From the NCBI GenBank assembly GCA_030390025.1, contig CM059432.1:108998001-109062000 (forward strand): a stretch of 64,000 nt of DNA, written 5' to 3'. This stretch comes from Squalus acanthias (taxonomy: Eukaryota). The position numbers and the translations under genes were made by a program. Numbering within the stretch: the first letter of the stretch is position 1; every line of letters begins with the position of its first letter. Positions 24,221 through 39,200 of this stretch are shown one piece after another. The notes beneath the pieces were generated by a model, which was given only the letters and a program-made list of their open reading frames with translations, was not told the origin of the DNA and ran no database searches.

Positions 24221-27200
24221 TACAGTTGAAAGGCTGGATTCCCACACAGTTCACAGACAGGATTCACTTACAGTTTAAAGTCAGTATTCACATACAGTTC
24301 ACAGACAGGATTGACTGACAGTTCACAGACAGGATTCACATACAGTTCACAGACAGGATTCACATACTCTTCACAGACAGGATTGACTGACAGTTCACAG
24401 ACAAGATTCACATGCAGTTCACAGACAGGATTGACTGACAGTTCACAGACAGGATGCCCACACAGTTCACAGACAGGATTCACTTACAGTTCACAGACAG
24501 GATTCACATACAGTTCACAGACAGGATTCACATACTCTTCACAGACAGGATTGACTGACTGTTCACAGACAGGATTCACATACAGTTCACAGACAGGATT
24601 CACATACTCTTCACAGACAGGATTGACTGACAGTTTACAGACAGGATGCCCACACAGTTTACAGACAGGCTTCACATACAGTTCACAGACAGGATTCACA
24701 TACAGTTCACAGACAGGATTCACATACAGTTCACAGACAGGATTCACATACAGTTCACAGACAGGATTCACTTACAGTTCACAGACAGGATTCACAGACA
24801 GTTCACAGACAGGATTCACATACAGTTCACAGACAGGATTCACATACAGTTCACAGACAGGATTCACATACAGTTCACAGACAGGATTCACATACAGTTC
24901 ACAGACAGGATTCACATACAGTTCACAGACAGGATTCACATACAGTTCACAGACAGGATTCACAGACAGTTCACAGACAGGATTCACTTACAGTTCACAG
25001 ACAGGATTCACAGACAGTTCACAGACAGGATTCACATACAGTTCACAGACAGGATTCACATACAGTTCACAGACAGGATTCACAGACAGTTCACAGACAG
25101 GATTCACATACAGTTCACAGACAGGATTCACATACAGTTCACAGACAGGATTCACAGACAGTTCACAGACAGGATTCACATACAGTTCACAGACAGGATT
25201 CACATACAGTTCACAGACAGGATTCACATACAGTTCACAGACAGGATTCACATACAGTTCACAGACAGGATTCACATACAGTTCACAGACAGGATTCACA
25301 TACAGTTCACAGACAGGATTCACATACAGTTCACAGACAGGATTCACATACAGTTCACAGACAGGATTCACATACAGTTCACAGACAGGATTCACATACA
25401 GTTCACAGACAGGATTCACATACAGTTCACAGACAGGATTCACATACAGTTCACAGACAGGATTCACATACAGTTCACAGACAGGATTCACATACAGTTC
25501 ACAGACAGGATTCACATACAGTTCACAGACAGGATTCACATACAGTTCACAGACAGGATTCACATACAGTTCACAGACAGGATTCACATACAGTTCACAG
25601 ACAGGATTCACATACAGTTCACAGACAGGATTCACATACAGTTCACAGACAGGATTCACATACAGTTCACAGACAGGATTCACATACAGTTCACAGACAG
25701 GATTCACATACAGTTCACAGACAGGATTCACATACAGTTCACAGACAGGATTCACATACAGTTCACAGACAGGATTCACATACAGTTCACAGACAGGATT
25801 CACATACAGTTCACAGACAGGATTCACATACAGTTCACAGACAGGATTCACATACAGTTCACAGACAGGATTCACATACAGTTCACAGACAGGATTCACA
25901 TACAGTTCACAGACAGGATTCACATACAGTTCACAGACAGGATTCACATACAGTTCACAGACAGGATTCACATACAGTTCACAGACAGGATTCACATACA
26001 GTTCACAGACAGGATTCACATACAGTTCACAGACAGGATTCACATACAGTTCACAGACAGGATTCACATACAGTTCACAGACAGGATTCACATACAGTTC
26101 ACAGACAGGATTCACATACAGTTCACAGACAGGATTCACATACAGTTCACAGACAGGATTCACATACAGTTCACAGACAGGATTCACATACAGTTCACAG
26201 ACAGGATTCACATACAGTTCACAGACAGGATTCACATACAGTTCACAGACAGGATTCACATACAGTTCACAGACAGGATTCACATACAGTTCACAGACAG
26301 GATTCACATACAGTTCACAGACAGGATTCACATACAGTTCACAGACAGGATTCACATACAGTTCACAGACAGGATTCACATACAGTTCACAGACAGGATT
26401 CACATACAGTTCACAGACAGGATTCACATACAGTTCACAGACAGGATTCACATACAGTTCACAGACAGGATTCACATACAGTTCACAGACAGGATTCACA
26501 TACAGTTCACAGACAGGATTCACATACAGTTCACAGACAGGATTCACATACAGTTCACAGACAGGATTCACATACAGTTCACAGACAGGATTCACATACA
26601 GTTCACAGACAGGATTCACATACAGTTCACAGACAGGATTCACATACAGTTCACAGACAGGATTCACTTGCAGTTCACAGACAGGATTCACATACAGTTC
26701 ACAGACAGGATTCACATACAGTTCAAAGACAGGATTCACAAACATTTCACAGACAGGATTCACATACAGTTCACAGACAGGATTCACATACAGTTCACAG
26801 ACAGGATTCAGACACAGTTCACAGACTGGATTCACTTACAATTCAAAGTCAGGATTTACATACAGTTCACAGACTGGATTCACATACAGTTCACAGACAG
26901 GATTCACATGCAGTTCACAGACAGGTTTCACATACAGTTCACAGACTGGATTCACTGACAGTTCACAAACAGGATTCACATTCTGTTCAAAGATTGGATT
27001 CACAGACAGTTCACAGACAGGATTCACACACAGTTCACAGTAAGGATTCACATACAGTTCACAGTCAGTATTCACACACAGTTCACAGACAGGATTGAAT
27101 GACAGTTCACAGTCAGTAGTCACATACAGTTTACAGATAGGATTGACTGACAGTTCACAGTCAGTATTCACATACAGTTCACAGACAGGATTCACAGACA

Positions 27201-30200
27201 GTTCACAGACAGGATTCACATACAATTCACAGTCAGTATTCACATACAGTTCACAGACAGGATTCACATACAGTTCACAGACAGGATTCACATACAGTTC
27301 ACAGACAGGATTCACATACAGTTCACAGACAGGATTCACATACAGTTCACAGACAGGATTCACATACAGTTCACAGACAGGATTCACATACAGTTCACAG
27401 ACAGGATTCACATACAGTTCACAGACAGGATTCACATACAGTTCACAGACAGGATTCACATACAGTTCACAGACAGGATTCACATACAGTTCACAGACAG
27501 GATTCACATACAGTTCACAGACAGGATTCACATACAGTTCACAGACAGGATTCACATACAGTTCACAGACAGGATTCACATACAGTTCACAGACAGGATT
27601 CACATACAGTTCACAGACAGGATTCACATACAGTTCACAGACAGGATTCACATACAGTTCACAGACAGGATTCACATACAGTTCACAGACAGGATTCACA
27701 TACAGTTCACAGACAGGATTCACATACAGTTCACAGACAGGATTCACATACAGTTCACAGACAGGATTCACATACAGTTCACAGACAGGATTCACATACA
27801 GTTCACAGACAGGATTCACATACAGTTCACAGACAGGATTCACATACAGTTCACAGACAGGATTCACATACAGTTCACAGACAGGATTCACATACAGTTC
27901 ACAGACAGGATTCACATACAGTTCACAGACAGGATTCACATACAGTTCACAGACAGGATTCACATACAGTTCACAGACAGGATTCACATACAGTTCACAG
28001 ACAGGGGTCACATACAGTTCACAGACAGGATTCACATACAGTTCACAGACAGGATTCACATACAGTTCACAGACAGGATTCACATACAGTTCACAGACAG
28101 GATTCACATACAGTTCACAGACAGGATTCACATACAGTTCACAGACAGGATTCACATACAGTTCACAGACAGGATTCACATACAGTTCACAGACAGGATT
28201 CACATACAGTTCACAGACAGGATTCACATACAGTTCACAGACAGGATTCACATACAGTTCACAGACAGGATTCACATACAGTTCACAGACAGGATTCACA
28301 TACAGTTCACAGACAGGATTCACATACAGTTCACAGACAGGATTCACATACAGTTCACAGACAGGATTCACATACAGTTCACAGACAGGATTCACATACA
28401 GTTCACAGACAGGATTCACATACAGTTCACAGACAGGATTCACATACAGTTCACAGACAGGATTCACATACAGTTCACAGACAGGATTCACATACAGTTC
28501 ACAGACAGGATTCACATACAGTTCACAGACAGGATTCACATACAGTTCACAGACAGGATTCACATACAGTTCACAGACAGGATTCACATACAGTTCACAG
28601 ACAGGATTCACATACAGTTCACAGACAGGATTCACATACAGTTCACAGACAGGATTCACAGACAGTTCACAGACAGGATTCACATACAGTTCACAGACAG
28701 GATTCACATACAGTTCACAGACAGGATTCACATACAGTTCACAGACAGGATTCACATACAGTTCACAGACAGGATTCACATACAGTTCACAGACAGGATT
28801 CACATACAGTTCACAGACAGGATTCACATACAGTTCACAGACAGGATTCACATACAGTTCACAGACAGGATTCACATACAGTTCACAGACAGGATTCACA
28901 TACAGTTCACAGACAGGATTCACATACAGTTCACAGACAGGATTCACATACAGTTCACAGACAGGATTCACTTACAGTTCACAGACAGGATTCACATACA
29001 GTTCACAGACAGGATTCACATACAGTTCACAGACAGGATTCACTTACAGTTCACAGACAGGATTCACATACAGTTCACAGACAGGATTCACAGACAGTTC
29101 ACAGACAGGATTCACATACAGTTCACAGACAGGATTCACATACAGTTCACAGACAGGATTCACATACAGTTCACAGACAGGATTCACATACAGTTCACAG
29201 ACAGGATTCACATACAGTTCACAGACAGGATTCACATACAGTTCACAGACAGGATTCACATACAGTTCACAGACAGGATTCACATACAGTTCACAGACAG
29301 GATTCACATACAGTTCACAGACAGGATTCACATACAGTTCACAGACAGGATTCACATACAGTTCACAGACAGGATTCACATACAGTTCACAGACAGGATT
29401 CACATACAGTTCACAGACAGGATTCACATACAGTTCACAGACAGGATTCACATACAGTTCACAGACAGGATTCACATACAGTTCACAGACAGGATTCACA
29501 TACAGTTCACAGACAGGATTCACATACAGTTCACAGACAGGATTCACATACAGTTCACAGACAGGATTCACATACAGTTCACAGACAGGATTCACATACA
29601 GTTCACAGACAGGATTCACATACAGTTCACAGACAGGATTCACATACAGTTCACAGACAGGATTCACATACAGTTCACAGACAGGATTCACATACAGTTC
29701 ACAGACAGGATTCACATACAGTTCACAGACAGGATTCACATACAGTTCACAGACAGGATTCACATACAGTTCACAGACAGGATTCACATACAGTTCACAG
29801 ACAGGATTCACATACAGTTCACAGACAGGATTCACATACAGTTCACAGACAGGATTCACATACAGTTCACAGACAGGATTCACATACAGTTCACAGACAG
29901 GATTCACATACAGTTCACAGACAGGATTCACATACAGTTCACAGACAGGATTCACATACAGTTCACAGACAGGATTCACATACAGTTCACAGACAGGATT
30001 CACATACAGTTCACAGACAGGATTCACATACAGTTCACAGACAGGATTCACATACAGTTCACAGACAGGATTCACATACAGTTCACAGACAGGATTCACA
30101 TACAGTTCACAGACAGGATTCACATACAGTTCACAGACAGGATTCACATACAGTTCACAGACAGGATTCACATACAGTTCACAGACAGGATTCACATACA

Positions 30201-33200
30201 GTTCACAGACAGGATTCACATACAGTTCACAGACAGGATTCACATACAGTTCACAGACAGGATTCACATACAGTTCACAGACAGGATTCACATACAGTTC
30301 ACAGACAGGATTCACATACAGTTCACAGACAGGATTCACATACAGTTCACAGACAGGATTCACATACAGTTCACAGACAGGATTCACATACAGTTCACAG
30401 ACAGGATTCACATACAGTTCACAGACAGGATTCACATACAGTTCACAGACAGGATTCACATACAGTTCACAGACAGGATTCACATACAGTTCACAGACAG
30501 GATTCACATACAGTTCACAGACAGGATTCACATACAGTTCACAGACAGGATTCACATACAGTTCACAGACAGGATTCACATACAGTTCACAGACAGGATT
30601 CACATACAGTTCACAGACAGGATTCACATACAGTTCACAGACAGGATTCACATACAGTTCACAGACAGGATTCACATACAGTTCACAGACAGGATTCACA
30701 TACAGTTCACAGACAGGATTCACATACAGTTCACAGACAGGATTCACATACAGTTCACAGACAGGATTCACATACAGTTCACAGACAGGATTCACATACA
30801 GTTCACAGACAGGATTCACATACAGTTCACAGACAGGATTCACATACAGTTCACAGACAGGATTCACAGACAGTTCACAGACAGGATTCACATACAGTTC
30901 ACAGACAGGATTCACATACAGTTCACAGACAGGATTCACATACAGTTCACAGACAGGATTCACATACAGTTCACAGACAGGATTCACATACAGTTCACAG
31001 ACAGGATTCACATACAGTTCACAGACAGGATTCACATACAGTTCACAGACAGGATTCACATACAGTTCACAGACAGGATTCACATACAGTTCACAGACAG
31101 GATTCACATACAGTTCACAGACAGGATTCACATACAGTTCACAGACAGGATTCACATACAGTTCACAGACAGGATTCACATACAGTTCACAGACAGGATT
31201 CACATACAGTTCACAGACAGGATTCACATACAGTTCACAGACAGGATTCACATACAGTTCACAGACAGGATTCACATACAGTTCACAGACAGGATTCACA
31301 TACAGTTCACAGACAGGATTCACAGACAGTTCACAGACAGGATTCACATACAGTTCACAGACAGGATTCACATACAGTTCACAGACAGGATTCACAGACA
31401 GTTCACAGACAGGATTCACATACAGTTCACAGACAGGATTCACATACAGTTCACAGACAGGATTCACTTACAGTTCACAGACAGGATTCACATACAGTTC
31501 ACAGACAGGATTCACATACAGTTCACAGACAGGATTCACATACAGTTCACAGACAGGATTCACATACAGTTCACAGACAGGATTCACAGACAGTTCACAG
31601 ACAGGATTCACATACAGTTCACAGACAGGATTCACATACAGTTCACAGACAGGATTCACATACAGTTCACAGACAGGATTCACATACAGTTCACAGACAG
31701 GATTCACATACAGTTCACAGACAGGATTCACATACAGTTCACAGACAGGATTCACAGACAGTTCACAGACAGGATTCACATACAGTTCACAGACAGGATT
31801 CACATACAGTTCACAGACAGGATTCACATACAGTTCACAGACAGGATTCACATACAGTTCACAGACAGGATTCACATACAGTTCACAGACAGGATTCACA
31901 TACAGTTCACAGACAGGATTCACATACAGTTCACAGACAGGATTCACATACAGTTCACAGACAGGATTCACATACAGTTCACAGACAGGATTCACATACA
32001 GTTCACAGACAGGATTCACATACAGTTCACAGACAGGATTCACATACAGTTCACAGACAGGATTCACATACAGTTCACAGACAGGATTCACATACAGTTC
32101 ACAGACAGGATTCACATACAGTTCACAGACAGGATTCACATACAGTTCACAGACAGGATTCACATACAGTTCACAGACAGGATTCACATACAGTTCACAG
32201 ACAGGATTCACATACAGTTCACAGACAGGATTCACATACAGTTCACAGACAGGATTCACATACAGTTCACAGACAGGATTCACATACAGTTCACAGACAG
32301 GATTCACATACAGTTCACAGACAGGATTCACATACAGTTCACAGACAGGATTCACATACAGTTCACAGACAGGATTCACATACAGTTCACAGACAGGATT
32401 CACATACAGTTCACAGACAGGATTCACATACAGTTCACAGACAGGATTCACATACAGTTCACAGACAGGATTCACATACAGTTCACAGACAGGATTCACA
32501 TACAGTTCACAGACAGGATTCACATACAGTTCACAGACAGGATTCACATACAGTTCACAGACAGGATTCACATACAGTTCACAGACAGGATTCACATACA
32601 GTTCACAGACAGGATTCACATACAGTTCACAGACAGGATTCACATACAGTTCACAGACAGGATTCACATACAGTTCACAGACAGGATTCACATACAGTTC
32701 ACAGACAGGATTCACATACAGTTCACAGACAGGATTCACATACAGTTCACAGACAGGATTCACATACAGTTCACAGACAGGATTCACATACAGTTCACAG
32801 ACAGGATTCACATACAGTTCACAGACAGGATTCACATACAGTTCACAGACAGGATTCACATACAGTTCACAGACAGGATTCACATACAGTTCACAGACAG
32901 GATTCACATACAGTTCACAGACAGGATTCACATACAGTTCACAGACAGGATTCACTGACAGTTCACAGACAGGATTCACATACAGTTCACAGACAGGATT
33001 CACATACAGTTCACAGACAGGATTCACATACAGTTCACAGACAGGATTCACATACAGTTCACAGACAGGATTCACATACAGTTCACAGACAGGATTCACA
33101 TACAGTTCACAGACAGGATTCACTTACAGTTCACAGACAGGATTCACATACAGTTCACAGACAGGATTCACATACAGTTCACAGACAGGATTCACATACA

Positions 33201-36200
33201 GTTCACAGACAGGATTCACATACAGTTCACAGACAGGATTCACATACAGTTCACAGACAGGATTCACATACAGTTCACAGACAGGATTCACATACAGTTC
33301 ACAGACAGGATTCACATACAGTTCACAGACAGGATTCACATACAGTTCACAGACAGGATTCACATACAGTTCACAGACAGGATTCACAGACAGTTCACAG
33401 ACAGGATTCACATACAGTTCACAGACAGGATTCACATACAGTTCACAGACAGGATTCACATACAGTTCACAGACAGGATTCACATACAGTTCACAGACAG
33501 GATTCACATACAGTTCACAGACAGGATTCACATACAGTTCACAGACAGGATTCACATACAGTTCACAGACAGGATTCACATACAGTTCACAGACAGGATT
33601 CACATACAGTTCACAGACAGGATTCACATACAGTTCACAGACAGGATTCACATACAGTTCACAGACAGGATTCACATACAGTTCACAGACAGGATTCACA
33701 TACAGTTCACAGACAGGATTCACATACAGTTCACAGACAGGATTCACATACAGTTCACAGACAGGATTCACATACAGTTCACAGACAGGATTCACATACA
33801 GTTCACAGACAGGATTCACATACAGTTCACAGACAGGATTCACATACAGTTCACAGACAGGATTCACATACAGTTCACAGACAGGATTCACATACAGTTC
33901 ACAGACAGGATTCACATACAGTTCACAGACAGGATTCACATACAGTTCACAGACAGGATTCACATACAGTTCACAGACAGGATTCACATACAGTTCACAG
34001 ACAGGATTCACAGACAGTTCACAGACAGGATTCACATACAGTTCACAGACAGGATTCACTTACAGTTCACAGACAGGATTCACATACAGTTCACAGACAG
34101 GATTCACATACAGTTCACAGACAGGATTCACATACAGTTCACAGACAGGATTCACATACAGTTCACAGACAGGATTCACATACAGTTCACAGACAGGATT
34201 CACATACAGTTCACAGACAGGATTCACATACAGTTCACAGACAGGATTCACATACAGTTCACAGACAGGATTCACAGACAGTTCACAGACAGGATTCACA
34301 TACAGTTCACAGACAGGATTCACATACAGTTCACAGACAGGATTCACATACAGTTCACAGACAGGATTCACATACAGTTCACAGACAGGATTCACATACA
34401 GTTCACAGACAGGATTCACATACAGTTCACAGACAGGATTCACATACAGTTCACAGACAGGATTCACATACAGTTCACAGACAGGATTCACATACAGTTC
34501 ACAGACAGGATTCACATACAGTTCACAGACAGGATTCACATACAGTTCACAGACAGGATTCACATACAGTTCACAGACAGGATTCACATACAGTTCACAG
34601 ACAGGATTCACATACAGTTCACAGACAGGATTCACATACAGTTCACAGACAGGATTCACATACAGTTCACAGACAGGATTCACATACAGTTCACAGACAG
34701 GATTCACATACAGTTCACAGACAGGATTCACATACAGTTCACAGACAGGATTCACATACAGTTCACAGACAGGATTCACTTACAGTTCACAGACAGATTC
34801 ACATACAGTTCACAGACAGGATTCACATACAGTTCACAGACAGGATTCACATACAGTTCACAGACAGGATTCACATACAGTTCACAGACAGGATTCACAT
34901 ACAGTTCACAGACAGGATTCACATACAGTTCACAGACAGGATTCACTTACAGTTCACAGACAGGATTCACATACAGTTCACAGACAGGATTCACATACAG
35001 TTCACAGACAGGATTCACATACAGTTCACAGACAGGATTCACATACAGTTCACAGACAGGATTCACATACAGTTCACAGACAGGATTCACATACAGTTCA
35101 CAGACAGGATTCACATACAGTTCACAGACAGGATTCACATACAGTTCACAGACAGGATTCACAGACAGGATTCACATACAGTTCACAGACAGGATTCACA
35201 TACAGTTCACAGACAGGATTCACATACAGTTCACAGACAGGATTCACATACAGTTCACAGACAGGATTCACATACAGTTCACAGACAGGATTCACATACA
35301 GTTCACAGACAGGATTCACATACAGTTCACAGACAGGATTCACATACAGTTCACAGACAGGATTCACATACAGTTCACAGACAGGATTCACATACAGTTC
35401 ACAGACAGGATTCACATACAGTTCACAGACAGGATTCACATACAGTTCACAGACAGGATTCACATACAGTTCACAGACAGGATTCACATACAGTTCACAG
35501 ACAGGATTCACATACAGTTCACAGACAGGATTCACATACAGTTCACAGACAGGATTCACATACAGTTCACAGACAGGATTCACATACAGTTCACAGACAG
35601 GATTCACATACAGTTCACAGACAGGATTCACATACAGTTCACAGACAGGATTCACATACAGTTCACAGACAGGATTCACTGACAGTTCACAGACAGGATT
35701 CACATACAGTTCACAGACAGGATTCACATACAGTTCACAGACAGGATTCACATACAGTTCACAGACAGGATTCACATACAGTTCACAGACAGGATTCACA
35801 TACAGTTCACAGACAGGATTCACATACAGTTCACAGACAGGATTCACATACAGTTCACAGACAGGATTCACATACAGTTCACAGACAGGATTCACATACA
35901 GTTCACAGACAGGATTCACATACAGTTCACAGACAGGATTCACATACAGTTCACAGACAGGATTCACATACAGTTCACAGACAGGATTCACATACAGTTC
36001 ACAGACAGGATTCACATACAGTTCACAGACAGGATTCACATACAGTTCACAGACAGGATTCACATACAGTTCACAGACAGGATTCACATACAGTTCACAG
36101 ACAGGATTCACATACAGTTCACAGACAGGATTCACATACAGTTCACAGACAGGATTCACATACAGTTCACAGACAGGATTCACATACAGTTCACAGACAG

Positions 36201-39200
36201 GATTCACATACAGTTCACAGACAGGATTCACATACAGTTCACAGACAGGATTCACATACAGTTCACAGACAGGATTCACATACAGTTCACAGACAGGATT
36301 CACATACAGTTCACAGACAGGATTCACATACAGTTCACAGACAGGATTCACATACAGTTCACAGACAGGATTCACATACAGTTCACAGACAGGATTCACA
36401 TACAGTTCACAGACAGGATTCACATACAGTTCACAGACAGGATTCACATACAGTTCACAGACAGGATTCACATACAGTTCACAGACAGGATTCACATACA
36501 GTTCACAGACAGGATTCACATACAGTTCACAGACAGGATTCACAGACAGTTCACAGACAGGATTCACATACAGTTCACAGACAGGATTCACATACAGTTC
36601 ACAGACAGGATTCACATACAGTTCACAGACAGGATTCACAGACAGTTCACAGACAGGATTCACATACAGTTCACAGACAGGATTCACATACAGTTCACAG
36701 ACAGGATTCACATACAGTTCACAGACAGGATTCACATACAGTTCACAGACAGGATTCACATACAGTTCACAGACAGGATTCACATACAGTTCACAGACAG
36801 GATTCACATACAGTTCACAGACAGGATTCACATACAGTTCACAGACAGGATTCACATACAGTTCACAGACAGGATTCACATACAGTTCACAGACAGGATT
36901 CACATACAGTTCACAGACAGGATTCACATACAGTTCACAGACAGGATTCACATACAGTTCACAGACAGGATTCACATACAGTTCACAGACAGGATTCACA
37001 TACAGTTCACAGACAGGATTCACATACAGTTCACAGACAGGATTCACAGACAGTTCACAGACAGGATTCACATACAGTTCACAGACAGGATTCACATACA
37101 GTTCACAGACAGGATTCACATACAGTTCACAGACAGGATTCACATACAGTTCACAGACAGGATTCACATACAGTTCACAGACAGGATTCACATACAGTTC
37201 ACAGACAGGATTCACATACAGTTCACAGACAGGATTCACATACAGTTCACAGACAGGATTCACATACAGTTCACAGACAGGATTCACATACAGTTCACAG
37301 ACAGGATTCACATACAGTTCACAGACAGGATTCACATACAGTTCACAGACAGGATTCACATACAGTTCACAGACAGGATTCACATACAGTTCACAGACAG
37401 GATTCACATACAGTTCACAGACAGGATTCACATACAGTTCACAGACAGGATTCACATACAGTTCACAGACAGGATTCACATACAGTTCACAGACAGGATT
37501 CACATACAGTTCACAGACAGGATTCACATACAGTTCACAGACAGGATTCACATACAGTTCACAGACAGGATTCACATACAGTTCACAGACAGGATTCACA
37601 TACAGTTCACAGACAGGATTCACAGACAGTTCACAGACAGGATTCACATACAGTTCACAGACAGGATTCACATACAGTTCACAGACAGGATTCACATACA
37701 GTTCACAGACAGGATTCACATACAGTTCACAGACAGGATTCACATACAGTTCACAGACAGGATTCACATACAGTTCACAGACAGGATTCACATACAGTTC
37801 ACAGACAGGATTCACATACAGTTCACAGACAGGATTCACATACAGTTCACAGACAGGATTCACATACAGTTCACAGACAGGATTCACATACAGTTCACAG
37901 ACAGGATTCACATACAGTTCACAGACAGGATTCACATACAGTTCACAGACAGGATTCACATACAGTTCACAGACAGGATTCACATACAGTTCACAGACAG
38001 GATTCACATACAGTTCACAGACAGGATTCACATACAGTTCACAGACAGGATTCACATACAGTTCACAGACAGGATTCACATACAGTTCACAGACAGGATT
38101 CACATACAGTTCACAGACAGGATTCACATACAGTTCACAGACAGGATTCACATACAGTTCACAGACAGGATTCACATACAGTTCACAGACAGGATTCACT
38201 TACAGTTCACAGACAAGATTCACAGAAAGTTCACAGACAGGATTCACATACAGTTCACAGACAGGATTCACTTACAGTTCACAGACAGGATTCACAGACA
38301 GTTCACAGACAGGATTCACATGCAGTTCACAGACAGGATTCACATACAGTTCACAGACAGGATTCACTTACAGTTCACAGACAGGATTCACATACAGTTC
38401 ACAGACAGGATTCACATACAGTTCACAGACTGGATTCATATACAGTTCACAATAAGGATTCACGTACAGTTCACAGACAGGATTCAGATACAGTTCACAG
38501 ACATGATTCACTGACAGTTCACAGACAGTATTCACATACAGTTCAAAGACAGGATTCACAGACAGTTCACAGACAGGATTCACAGACAGGATTGACATAC
38601 AGTTCACAGATTGGTGTCATTTACAGTTCACAGACAGGATTCACATACAGTTCACAGACAGGATTCACAGACAGTTCACAGACAGGATACACATGCAGTT
38701 CTCAGACAGGATTCACATACAGTTCACAGACAGGATTCACATACAGTTCACAGACTGGATTCACATGCAGTTCACAGACAGGATTCAGATACAGTTCACA
38801 GACATGATTCACATACAGTTCACAGACAGGAGTCACATACAGTTCACAGACAGGATTCACATACAGTTGAAAGGCTGGATTCCCACACAGTTCACAGACA
38901 GGATTCACTTACAGTTTAAAGTCAGTATTCACATACAGTTCACAGTCAGGATTGACTGACAGTTCACAGACAGGATTCACATACAGTTCACAGACAGGAT
39001 TCACATACTCTTCACAGACAGGATTGACTGACAGTTCACAGACAGGATGCCCACACAGTTCACAGACAGGATTCACTTACAGTTCACAGACAGGATTCAC
39101 ATACAGTTCACAGACAGGATTCACATACTCTTCACAGACAGGATTGACTGACTGTTCACAGACAGGATTCACATACAGTTCACAGACAGGATTCACATAC

